Shown here piece by piece: positions 36,785-51,996 of a DNA stretch of 64,000 bases (its first letter is position 1; the number at the start of each line of letters is the position of its first letter). The position numbers and the translations under genes were made by a program. The DNA comes from Octopus sinensis (taxonomy: Eukaryota), in the NCBI RefSeq assembly GCF_006345805.1, contig NC_043008.1:61008001-61072000 (forward strand), given 5' to 3'. The notes beneath the pieces are model-generated. The model saw nothing but the letters and a program-made list of their open reading frames with translations. It ran no database searches and was not told where the DNA came from.

Positions 36785-39184
36785 TATAATATATTATATA
36801 CATATACATACATATAACCTCATACACATATATATATATATATTTATGCGCAAGCATACACACACATATAATATATAGATGCAAACATACATAGAGTATT
36901 TTTTGCACCATATCTCATCACACATCAACATCGAATGATTACAAGTAAAAAATGTAGTAACAGTTCAGTCGTGATAAGCAAAATAATAATAATAATAATA
37001 ATAAAATAAAATAATAATAAATAATACATAAAATATAACGAATAACGATAGTGTTCGACGTTGTAAATATCTTACTTCATAAGCATATTTTTCAATATAA
37101 ATATTTCATTGAATTTTCCTTTTTCGTTTTACTATTTTCAGCACGTGGTTAATTTCTTTAATCACTTCACTAAACACTAGCACACTCATACACATATGTA
37201 TGTGTGCATACATACGCTGAGACAGAAATTGAGGCACGTGTTTAAAATCATCCAGTTAAATAGATTCGTATAGTTATACGTCATGCTGGAGCCATGAACA
37301 ATCGTAGTCGCGATGACTGACTACAAATAATGTAGCTACAGCAACCTCTATGCAGAGAAAGATAGAGATAGCAATGAAAAACAATGATATTTAGGAAGGG
37401 ATATTAAAATGTTGGTGAGTAGGTATTTAGTAGTTCTTGAGGTGGTGTCATAAATATATGAAAATCATGTTTGTTGGTTTGCGAGCATTCTGTGAGAATG
37501 TGTCTTATTAATGTTATTAAATTCAAACATGACGAACAAAGTATACACGGGTTGCCATTTGCATGGATTCGTAGAAATTAATATAATATTTAGAGGAGAA
37601 ATAGCGACACATGTTTTATGTTTGTACATTTTTAATGAGTGCCTAGCGAATATTGAACTGCGTTAAGAAATGTAAAATTGTTTAAAGTTTCAGCATTATA
37701 AATTTCAAATATAACATAATATAATGAAATTCAGCATATTACGTTGTATTTCAATCTATTGCATATAATTTGATTGAAACGATGTAATAAGCTTAAAATC
37801 AGGTGGCCAGAATTTTACTTTCGTAACAAAGTGTCATGTAATTCCACGAAACGTGCATAATAAATATGTTCGAAAGAGTTTAAAATATTCTTGGTTTTAT
37901 AATATTATTGTCATGTATGCGGTACACTTCGATGCAGTTTCCTAATAAATAGCAAGCATGTGAATGATTATATGTCAGTGATAATGTTATTAATGCAAAT
38001 CTGAAAATATTTAATCTTTATCGCAATATTTTGTGCAAGCCACTAAGAAACAATGAAATCCGAAACATTTTAACAGTGTCAGTAACGGCCAATATCATTA
38101 AAACAACATCATTAAAACAACATTATCCGTTCCCATAAACATCATAAAATGCTAGATTAATCCGCGATCTTAGACTGGGTTGATTATGAAGTAAACATGG
38201 TAGATAATATATGTTCGAAATACTATAGCATGTGAGAAATGCTCAGTTTAAGTTTGAAAAGCACAAATCTTTGAAAAAATCTCGTAACACGTGATATAAC
38301 TTTAGAAAGAAATACAAGAGAGAATTATCTAATGATAGGGGAATATCTAGTTGAACCGCCCAGTGAAGTCTAAGGAGGATTTCTGCAAAAAGAATGTGGG
38401 TAACTAGCTGAAGAAAAGTGTAATTTCTGTCCCGGATTGAGCACAACTGGCCCGATATTCACTTTACGGTAGTTTTCCGAGAAATTGAGAGAGCATTGTC
38501 AGGAGGTGTTAAGCTCGACAATCAAGGCATTTATACGGGTCGACTCGCTACATCTCCACATTCACAGGTCACAGCTCTGATACTACAGATATGAGGTCAG
38601 AAAGTCACAAGAAAGAATAGCGAGATCAGTCTCTTTAAGCTGAGCCAGCCAATAGGAAAATGAGCCAAGAATGATGAGGATAGATAATATATTAGTTGGT
38701 CACGCTTGCAATTCCAGGCAAAAATTGTAATGATGATTGCTTCTGATAGGAGCCCATAGAAAAGGTCTCTGAGGACACTATGCTGCCATTCTCCTAGGAA
38801 TAATGGGTAGAAAAATTGGATTAATGGATGAACGATATAGTTTGAAATATACATTGTCTGAATTGTGTATATTTTTTCAGAAGATATGAGTCTTTATTGC
38901 CATAAACCTTCCTCTGCAACCTGAAACAGGATTAAAAACGAATGTATAAAAGAAAATAAAAACCTAATTAAAGTCAGTATCTTGCATTAGATGACCTACG
39001 GAAATCTTGAAAATGGATATAAGAATATTGTATTATTCCCAGTAATTGGAAAAGCAGCACACATAGGGACGTAGCATAAAATATATTGATTTTAAAACAT
39101 ATCAGCTAGTGTTATTCAGTTTTCTGAATAAAACTTGTGTACAGCACTAATGATCCCTCTAAGAGGACACGTAGATAAGTGTAT

Positions 39185-39990
<806 letters not shown>

Positions 39991-40044
39991 AAACTTACTT
40001 GGAAAAGGATGCGTGGCGATCGATCATTTAATAATATAAATAAT

Positions 40045-40245
40045 ATCAAAAATACATGCATATATACATACATATATATACATACCTACATCTATATGTA
40101 TATATACATGCATATATGGGAACACAATGAGAAACGAAAACATAAAAGCAAAACCATGGAAACGAACATTTTTTCAAACAACAAAAAACAGAGTACAAGG
40201 CATACAACACAAGGAATATTCCCCTTCTTCAGTTGTCCCTGTTTC
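40045..40245 (-). mobile_element. Interspersed repeat family E, second copy
   Basis: Homologous to 29165-29400. Confidence 0.7.
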
Positions 40246-40957
40246 ATCTACTCAGCGTTTTCGAAGGTAAGGACAGGACGCGACGTCTTTGAAACAGTTC
40301 TTCCCGCAAAGCAAATTAAATAAAATTTGGGATTTTTTGTGGAGAGGTAAAAGTGGTAACAAGAACAGGACATTAAGAACAAAACAAGAGAGTAAAAACA
40401 ATAAAAGTAGAAACAGTAAAAGACAGAACAAAGAGAATAACACATTAAAAACAAACGATGAGGCCTTTTAAGCCAAGACGATGGGGAAATTATTCTGAAC
40501 GCTTAAGGAGACAGCTTATGAGAGAGACAAGATAAGCGGTCTGGTCTCGGTGAAAATAGCAGTTGGAAAGATGGCTTCCCTCTGATCACGTGTCAGTGAC
40601 GAGAGAGTCGGGGAGGAGGAGGAGTAGAAAGAGAGAGGGAACGGTGAATAGGAGAGGAGCACATAACGAAACCCTTTGAATGAACAGCACATGGAATCTA
40701 CAGCTGTACACTTTCCTTTTTGTAATGAAAATATATGATCTCCTATCGGAATTTACATGCCATGGACAAGAAGCATTTCTACCACTTCTACACATTATTT
40801 TCCTTGGATAATGGAGCTTCGACTAAAACATCTTGCATATATTTATATTTTTACTTTTATTCTCTTATTTCCCTTTATACTTCTTATTTCCATCCTTTTC
40901 CAAATTAATTCTTTATATTGAACCCTGCTATTTTCCTCTATTTAAACATTTCACATC

Positions 40958-41005
40958 GTTTCTGATGAACGAGTAACCCTAATATCTCAGAAACAGCTGT
41001 AAGGC
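40958..41005 (+). ncRNA. Minimal Penelope-type hammerhead motif with palindromic stem III loop
   Basis: GTTT-CTGATGA-ACGAG(taaccctaatat)CTCA-GAA-AC(AGCT)GT-A-AGGC; stem II partly decayed, stem I weak (two G-U pairs). Confidence 0.55.
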
Positions 41006-41123
41006 TAATTTTCCCTTTATAGATGTCCTGAAAGTACCACATAGCCTTGGCTTTGGTGTCTCATTTCGTTTAACACACACACACATACACACACACATAC
41101 ACACATCTGCTTATATAAATATA

Positions 41124-41492
41124 GTGGAGGCGCAATGGCCAAGTGGTTAGGGCAGCGGACTCGCGGTTACGATTCCCAGACCGGGCTTTGTGAGTGTTTA
41201 TTGAGCGAAAACACCTAAAAGCTCCACGAGGCTCCGGCAGGGGATGGTGGTGATCCCTGCTGTACTCTTTCACCACAACTTTCTCTCACTCTTACTTCCT
41301 GTTTCTGTTGTACCTGTATTTCAAAGGGCCGGCTTTGTCACTCTGTGTCACGCTGAATATCCCCTAGAACTACGTTAAGGGTACACATGTCTGTGGAGTA
41401 CTCAGCCACTTACACGTTAATTTCACGAGCAGGCTGTTCCGTTGATCGGATCAACCGGAACCCTCGTCGTCGTAACCGACGGAGTGCTTCCA
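41124..41492 (+). mobile_element. tRNA-derived SINE (~370 bp; probably octopus OR-type)
   Basis: gtggaggcgcaatggccaagtggttagggcagcggactcgcgg head shared with 15441-15748; distinct tail gatcggatcaaccggaaccctcgtcgtcgtaaccgacggagtgc. Confidence 0.8.
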
Positions 41493-44400
41493 TCCATATA
41501 TGAATATAAGTACGTACATGTTTGCGTGTTTGTGTTTGAGTATGCAAAGTCACACACACACACACACACACACACACGAACACCATCACAAACATACACG
41601 ACCCCCCACACAAGCACATATATATACACGCATACATACATTTATATCAATACGGATTTTTTAAAAATGTTTTATAGTAATTTTTGTGTATTAATGTTTT
41701 CTTTTGTATTTTTCTTTTTCTTCGATAACGGAGGAATTCCTTTTCGAATTCTTGATGGACTCTATCAGATAAAACTATTTTTTAATTCTAAGTATCTGTG
41801 AATGAATCAGATATCATTTTATAAATTACCATTTGGAGCACAGATCGTTCTTTATTTTGTGCTCATAAAGAACTAACACACTGAATATGGAAGTTCAAGA
41901 GTTCGAAACTGTGACGACATGAAAGAAAAAAAAAACAAAAGTCCTTCATTTACCAATTGTAACGAAATCTCTACTGCATAAAACCCTGCTCACTTAACCA
42001 AAGAAAGGAAAGGACATATTTTATTTTGTCCTAGGTATCTCGTAAACGGCAAACTGGTCACGAACGCAGAGTTCATGACAATATGTCTGCTCAGTAAAAT
42101 TTTCGAGCTGACAGAATCGTTATGACACCGCCAAAAAAAAAAAAAAAAGAAGAATAGAGTAGCAGCATCATATTCTAAAATTATTTTCCAAGTCCAAACG
42201 CCGCCTTGTTCGAATTTGTTATCCTTATTTCTGGGCCGATAAATTTGGCACCAATCTACTAATAGGGTTGATGTAATTGACTCCCCACCTTTGCATAATT
42301 ACTGCTCTTGTATCAAAATTTGATACCAATATGTCCGCTTATACACGTTTAATTCGAAACCAAAGTATAATGTCCACAGATCCAACAATAAAAATCAGTG
42401 TTTGCTCGTAAAAGAATTACATGATTTGTTTAGAATAGAATTCTTTCATTCCCACACGGCGAATATCAATGTAAGACTGTAATAGAAAGCCTAATTGTGC
42501 TATATTTTACTTTTCGGCTTAGCTTGTCTGAACTGGGTATGGGTGGGTGGGTGTATGGTAGGATCTAGATTTAACCTGTAAAGACTCACGTTACCGGTGA
42601 GGTTGATTTCTTTAATAGTCCATATAACCAACTTTAATTCAATACTTGTGCGAAGAACATGTTTAGAGAGGAGATACCAGCGTTCCAGAGAAATGACAAC
42701 TGGGAAGAATGGGCTGGATTAGTGGTTAGTAGGGTACATGGAGGTGTACTGCGCTTCATCGGTAGTGATATGGGGAGTGGATATGAGTTGGTCAAGCGTT
42801 CCCAACTGAAGAAGAAACAAAACAACTTCGGGAAACGGAGACTATTAGAATATCAATAGAAACAGCAAATGTCTTAGTACGGCTGAATGATTTTTATGGC
42901 AGACGGTCAAGTGGCCTCCCTCTAGAAGCGGTCTGTATGGTTGTGTGTGTAACAGCAGTATCGTACCAGATTTAAGAGCAACATTCCATTCTTTATCTCA
43001 CATAAGCGTTGTAGTTTGTCAACAACTGGATGTAATATTTTGTGACTATAAATAATATCCTTACCAACATTGTTAAATCGATTTGAATCAGTTAAATTAA
43101 TTCTAAATTTGATGGTGAAGGTTCATTTCTGAAAAGGACAAATGTTAAACTGATTAAGATCATTAAAAACGTATGAAGATGGCGTCATAATATCGTAGCT
43201 CTAATTTGTATAAGAAGTGAGTTGAACAATATATAACGTGCAGCAAAACATTCACAATATTAATGATGTGCTGTTAAATAATGCTTGTTAAGGATATGTG
43301 AAGGCGTATAGTCTAGAGGGTAGAGTGTTGAACTCACTATTACTAGAATGCGCTCGATTCCTGGACAAAGCCCTCGTTGTGCTCTTTGCTCTTGAGGAAA
43401 ATACTTTATATCACGTTGATCTACGGGTGGGAGGGTGGCAAAAGTTTTGGTCCGTGCTCAGAAATGCTTTACGGTATATCTTGCGGCGTTCCACATACAA
43501 GGTAAAAGTCCATCTGCAGCGAGAAAGCAACGGGAAATCATCCCGTATCCATTCCAAGTCTAGTCACCGCAAGCGCATGTCTGACATAGAGTATGTATTA
43601 GCAAAATTGTGGCGGGGAAGGATTTCCAGGTAACATAGTAAGTGCCGGAAATGGTTTACATACCTGGCCATCGCTGTAGAGAGTTAAGAATAGACGGCAA
43701 TAAAATGAATCATATTAGCCAATGCAATGAGCATCGACATGATCAGCATCTTTGAGACCATTGACTTGAGACAACCTTGGACTACTAATCCCAGTAATAT
43801 TACATCTAAGCCTGGCTCAGTATTATTGCATACTTCGACTTGACATGCAGTCATTAGACGTAGTGTTTGCAATTCAGATGTGTTAATATTTATCTATTGT
43901 CCAGAGATTTAAATAGTCTTAATAAAAAGTTTGCATGTTCAGCCAGGGTCGACTCGGAAGCATACAACAACTACAAATACAAAAACAGCTACACAAATAA
44001 CAGCAGTAATTCATTTTTGGCTTGAAATAAATACTAACGTTATTTTTCAAACGATGTAGTGAAGACTTCGTTCCAAGATCGAGGAAAGGAAACATCGATT
44101 TGGCACAAAACACTATCCAGATAGGGGCGTAATGCAAAATTTATGGTAGTTCATAATGTCGAAGGTCAATGAAAGAAGTCATTATTAAAAACAAAAACAC
44201 AAACAAACAGAAAAAAATGACAAACAAAAAACAGGAAATAGTTTTGTGATATTTTGATTAAACTGATTAAGACAACGTCTAAAAAGATATGAATATGAAA
44301 AATATCGATTATTAATCTTCGTTATGAATAAACATAAATTCTTTATTTCATTTCTTAAAATCTGAATACAAAACATCATTTGATTTCAAGAAAGGAAGAT

Positions 44401-46949
44401 GACACAGGAGCATTTTTAAGGTTACATACATTTGATCGAGGATGTATTTGTAAATCTGTATGCGTTTGTGTTCATTCATTTAATCATTTTCCTTTATCTA
44501 CCAATGTGCATGTCTAACATAGTGTATGTAATAGCAAAATTAATTTTCCACTACCAGTTGTATTGTTATCATATCTATCTCAATCAATATGAGTTCGAAG
44601 TTATATTGTACTCTTTCCAACGGCCAGATTTCCTTTTCTGCTCTTTCGCCTTATTCTCCTGGTCTTTCTCTTCTTCTGCTCATTATCATTATGATCCTCA
44701 TCATCGTCATCAACATCATCATGATAAAGATACACCCCGACTGTTATTTCCATCCCCTTCAGCAAACCATCGCCAACACCAGAATGACACCATCACAACC
44801 ACCACCGTCATCATCTCCGCCGCCATTGCTTCCATAGAAGTAAATTTCTCGAACATCATGCTCATCCTCGTCCTCATATCTTAATCAGAATCATTTAGAC
44901 ACAGACACACACACATGCATACACACACACACACACACACAGACGGACAGGCACACACAGACGGACAAACGCACACACTCACACACAGACACACAAACAC
45001 ACACACACATACACTGTTCATGTTTTAACTCCAGGATACCTGTGAGAAATTATCTCATCGTTTAGACGTATTCAACTCAGTTATTAAACTTATCCGCGTC
45101 AGAAGCTTATTATATCTGTAGATAAGTTAGGACAGTAATGTACTCTCCAATATGATCAATCGTATGTTATCCAGACAATATATGTACTAACTTAGAGTCT
45201 GGTTGCGACCGAAGAGAAAATATACAAAAGGCACTCGATTAAAATGTGGCAGTAGATGTCCTACTCAAATTATTGTTGGTGTGAATCTGGACACAATGCC
45301 TACCATTGGTAGGCCGATGTTATATCAGGATATACAAGCCTGCGTTTTTAATATAAACATGGGTTGTACGCGAGAGTAATTTCTAATGTTACCGTTGCAG
45401 TTCTGTTCAGTAGTGTTGCATGTTTAATGGTTTGCGATAAGGGTTTTATAAAAACTGTTTTTAGAAATTCTCCTTAATGCGTTGAAACCCTCAGAGAGAA
45501 GTGGAGAATATATTTGCTTCTCGTTGCAGTACTTTTCCATTTCATATCCGTGGCACAGTATTTCTGCTACTTGTGGAAATCTTTCAAGGAACATTAAAAG
45601 AAACAGTTTTCTTAAAAGTAAAACTAGGAACTTCAGTAACCTTACAGCTGTCGATTTTCAAGGTATCAGTTTCCCCTTAGACTTAGTGGAGCTTTAATTA
45701 TTTTATGTACCGACTTGCTGACAGCGGACTATTCTGATTGGCAAATACCGTGACTCAATGCCTCCGTTGATATAGCTTAATATATGACGGGATACACTCA
45801 ACTAGGAACCACAATTCATTGCATATCTAGAAGTAAGTTACCCAAGGATTTCTCTCTTGATTAAAAAAGCTGAGTGTGATTTACGGGAAATTCGTCAGAT
45901 ATTCTTACCGGTCGAGCGAATATGTAGATACGGCTATATTAATTCGTCTCAAATACACATTTTTCACCTATCCGTTTGTAAGTTTCTTCATAGTATAAAC
46001 AAAGGACTCCATACGAATAATCGATTTATAACACTGGAACACTAATCATGTCCACTCTCTTAATAATAATATTTGACCATTCTATATCTTAACTGATTAT
46101 CACTTATATAAGGATCACGAATGTGCATATATGCGTTGATGTGTTTTGTGACAATGGTACACAAAATCATGTAGAATCACTACTCTCACATGCTTATACA
46201 AAATAACGAAGCAACGTTTTACAAACCAATTTTTAGATCGTAAGTTTTCATTCTAGAAACTGGTCGTTTATAATCCATTGCAATATCGTATAGTGCACTT
46301 GACCGAACAGAGTCGGGATGAAATAGTATAATCAATGATTTAGCACTAGCTTAATAAATGTATATCGTGTTAAAATGTTCTTGCAAAATTTATTGTTCTT
46401 ACACTGAGTGACAGATTACAGGATAAATACGCTGGTGTATATTGAATACCCTATTGACTTATTTACTCAATTCTGTAATAATCTGCTAGTTCGATTAAAA
46501 CAAACAAACGAACATGGTTACACATTTGCAAACGCCCAGATATCGAAATACAAACATATGTGGATTTAGGTATATAATCGCTAGTATTTATATATTTCCT
46601 CATTCATCACCTGTCGAATAATCCTTTGTCAGCAATTTAGAAGTAAGGCAGACATAACATAGAAAGAGACATAGAACACTACGACGTTTAATCTTACATA
46701 CAAGCTCAGATGTGTGTATGCATGCATATATACACATGCATGTTCTCACAAACATGTGTATGACAGACGAAGAGAGATATTCGCCTAGATCTGGTAATAT
46801 CTTTTCTGTAACAGTGTACTTAGAAGTGCAGTGTTTTTGTGCTTATGTAGACAATTACCATCTCGTCTCCATGTTATGTCTATCAGTTTGTCTGTCTCCG
46901 TTTCTGTCAATCTCTTTTCTCCTCCTTACATTTCTCTTCCCTTACTACT

Positions 46950-48400
<1,451 letters not shown>

Positions 48401-48739
48401 TGTATTCGTGTGTATCTGTCTTATCTTGCACTCCTTCTAACAGTACGCAACAAACAAGAGCTTACGCACGCCGACACATACATTGACATACCAAGCATTC
48501 ATTCAAAATGGCGAACACTTGCCTTATCTTTTATCGTTATTTTTAAGTTATTTCACTGTTTGCTTCTTAATTGCTGACAAAATGGCTTATATTTCCTTTA
48601 TTGTAACTTATATCATTTATTTGTTTATTCAACACGCCACTACCCATTTTCCTTCATTTTCCTTTCACACTTCAACTCGTTATTTTCTCATTTTTCGTTT
48701 CGTTTTTCGTTGTTAGCCTATTTTATTTTTTACATATTA

Positions 48740-49460
48740 TTTTCTCATTTATTTTGTATATACAGAAATGCTATTTTTTTCCCCTCTCGTTCTCTATCCG
48801 TCTCTCGTTGTCTTTCACTTCTTCCTGCTGCCTCACGCTTTCCTTGGGTTTCACTATAGTTTTCAAATTCTATTCCTTACCCCGCCACCTTCGCATCTTC
48901 CTCTCTCTCTCTCTGTAAATACCTCAGAGACTCTCTATGGGGTGCCACTCTTTTTCATTTCTTCCCCACTCTTTCTCTTTCTTACACACAAATCCTACTC
49001 TCTCTTTCTCATGTTCTCTTGTTTCTATCTCTATTTGTCACTCTCACCCTCTCTCCTTTCTCACTCTCACCTCTCTCCTTGTTTTCTCTTCCACTCTCTA
49101 ATAATCTTTCTCGTCTCTCCTTACTCTATTATTTACTTCTCTCTTTACTATATGCCCCTCTCTTCCTTTTCAGTTACTCTCTCTCCCTCTATTCTTTTCC
49201 CTCTGCCAATATTTCTGTTCTTCCTTCTCTCCTTTCTTTTACTATTTCTTTATCACTTTCTACCACTCTCCTCTATCATTCTGGCATTCTTTACACCCTC
49301 TCTCTCTCTCTCTCTTACTCTCAGCTATTCCCTCTCATCCTTTCATCTCTGTCAGTCTACGTCTGTTACCTATAGAGGCCCTCTCTTTACTATATCGCTC
49401 TTCTAGTTTCTCTCCCACACACACAATCTCTCTCTCTCTCTCTCGTCTCCCCCTTCCTCT
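48740..49460 (+). repeat. Polypyrimidine (CT-rich) low-complexity tract
   Basis: Strong strand asymmetry; source of the 212-aa L/S/F ORF. Confidence 0.85.
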
Positions 49461-50499
49461 ACCTTAGCATATACTTTTTATTCCTGTGTAGATAAATGTA
49501 TGGGTGAACGTGCGTGTGAGTTAGCCTTTTTAATCTTCTACTTTTGTTTTGTATGAGTGATAGGGTTTCTATACGATTTTGTTTTGTTTCTGTACGCCCA
49601 TGCTTGCTTGTGATTGCTTTTTATACGTGTGTGCTTTAGATTTTTTTTTAATATACATTTTCATTTCTGATTGTATTTCTGTGTATGCTTGTTTGTGTTC
49701 GTATTTCTTTGAGTACGCGAGTGAGTCTGTCTCAGTGCGCATGCGTGCGTGTGTATGTGTGTGTGAGCGTGCGTATGTATGTGCGAATATGTGTGAGTGT
49801 TTGTGTGATTGTGTGTTTATGGTTTATTCTTTCACTCTGTACCCCCATCAAAGATTTCATAGTTTTTAGTTTTTTTTCATGTTTTCATTGTTTTTTTTCT
49901 TTCTTTCTTTCTTTCTAGAATTGTTCGTAAATGTTTGTTAATTTATTTATTTTGTTTTTCTGACATTTTTTTTTCACACATGTCGGCTGCTCCTATTTCC
50001 CTGCGGGCAATAACAACTATTGGGTCTCTAAAGCGTGTTTAACTTCGCTTCTAGCGTATTCTTCAATTTCTTTTGCAGTTAAGACTTGGGGGATTACACG
50101 GTGCCTGACCAAGAACAGGCTTGGCAAAACAGTCGAAACACATCAGAATTACCAGACTTCAGCTCAGAGCTATTTCGAATGTTCTTCGCAGAGTAACACT
50201 TTTATATTTTATACTTATTTTATTTTACTTTTAATTTCAAGAGTCTCACGTTCATGATAAATATATCGTTTTAAGACCATTAAAATTACCATCATCATTA
50301 TCAGTACAATCCTCCACGTTCACCTGTTCATATTCCTCTCCCTTCTCCTCACGTCATCATAATCCACTTCCTCCTCCTCCTCCTCCTCTTCCTCATTAGT
50401 ATCACTCTCATCTTGATCATCATTGTCGTCTTTTCTTCCTCATCGTCGTTGTCTTCATCAGCTATCATCAACATCGTTTCTATCTAGACTCAAATTCTC

Positions 50500-50886
50500 T
50501 TATTCTTTTCTTTTACTCTTTTATTTGTTTCAGTCATTTGACTGCGGCCATGCTGGACCACCACCTTAGTCGAACAAACTGACCCAGGACTTATTCCTAG
50601 TAATCCTAGTACTGATTCTATTGTCTCTTGTTGCCGAACCGCTAAGTTACGGGGAGGTAAACACACTAGCATCATTATCAAGCGATGGTAGGGGGACAAA
50701 CACACACACACATATATATACGGCGGGCTTCTATCAGTTTCCGTCGACCAAATCCACTCACTAGGCTTTGGTCGGCCCGAGGCTATAGTAAAGGACACTT
50801 GCCCAAAGTGTCATGCAGTGGGACTGAACTCAGGACCATGTGGTCTGGAAGCAAGCTACTTACCACACAGCCACTCCTGCGACTAT
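50500..50886 (-). mobile_element. SINE family A
   Basis: Same modules, short internal array. Confidence 0.9.
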
Positions 50887-51147
50887 TTCATTTATTTGTA
50901 AAATATGAGACATTTATATGTTTTTTTGTATACAGATACGTACATATACATATGGCTATAACACACATATAAGGAGAAAGAGAGAGAGAGAGAGGGGAAG
51001 ATACATAAATAAATTGAGAAAGAGAGAAAGAGTGAGATACAGAAAGAAATCGAGGAAGAGAGAGAGAGAAAAAGAGAGATGGATACATACATATATAATA
51101 TATACAAATATCTCCTAAATGATGATTTCCGAACCAAATATATATAT

Positions 51148-51483
51148 AATAAAGGGTGAAATTAATTAATTTAGAAATAATCATTAATTTCACCAAGTAG
51201 AGTTCGGCATGTAAAAGCCCCATTCAAGGAAGGTTTAAGTAATACTAAGTAATTAAGGGTTTAGCAACGATTTGCCTCACCACACACCGAATTTAGAAAT
51301 AGCAGTCAAAAAGTTTTGGCTATTCTTTCTACTTAAAAGGGAGATCCCAGTAAAACCAAAGCACTTAAAAAGCAAACTTACTGGGATCTCCCTTTTAAGT
51401 AGAAATAATAGCCAACACATTTTGACTGCTATTTCTAAATTCGGTGTGTGATGAGGCAAATCGTTGGTAAACCCTTAATTACT
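51148..51483. mobile_element. (TA)n-anchored foldback element, ~105-bp arms (51248-51483) plus unique flank
   Basis: agtaattaagggtttagcaacgatttgcctc..gggagatcccagtaa / ttactgggatctccc..gaggcaaatcgttggtaaacccttaattact. Confidence 0.8.
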
Positions 51484-51715
51484 ATATTATATATATATAT
51501 ATATAGAAAAAGTTGAATCCTAAACAATTTTTGAACCTAGGATATACATGCCATTATTGATACATTTATGTGCGTGCTTTGAGTTATTCAAATAAAAGAA
51601 TTATTTCAGTCTTTCTCGAAAGTTATAAAGTCAAGATGACGTCAACAATATGTATGTGGGTGTATTGCATATATACAATAGCAGCTGTATAACGTTACAC
51701 AATTATATATATATA

Positions 51716-51761
<46 letters not shown>

Positions 51762-51920
51762 CAGTTGTGTCTGGGGAGAGTCATTCTCTTTTAGTGCTTT
51801 ATTATTTAACACACTCACCGTTAAAATTTCCACTTATTTCTTTTTTAAGTGGAAATTTTACCGGTGAGTGTATTAAATAATAAGGCACAAAAAGAGAATG
51901 ATTGTCCCCAGACACAACAG
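51762..51920. mobile_element. Hairpin MITE (~160 bp) inserted in (TA)n
   Basis: cagttgtgtctgggga..aaatttccactta / taagtggaaatttt..tccccagacacaac; near-perfect fold. Confidence 0.85.
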
Positions 51921-51996
51921 AATATGCTTCAACACACGAACTCATATAAAGAATCTTGCAAACTAAATCCAAAAACGAAATATATATATATATATA

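Noticed and set aside
43298-43633. 111-aa ORF
   Set aside because: Overlaps decayed family D and family B SINE heads; spurious.
43664-43673. 10-nt minus-strand micro-exon candidate (ctctctacAG|CGATGGCCAG|GTATGT)
   Set aside because: Good splice signals but expected by chance in 64 kb; needs junction reads.
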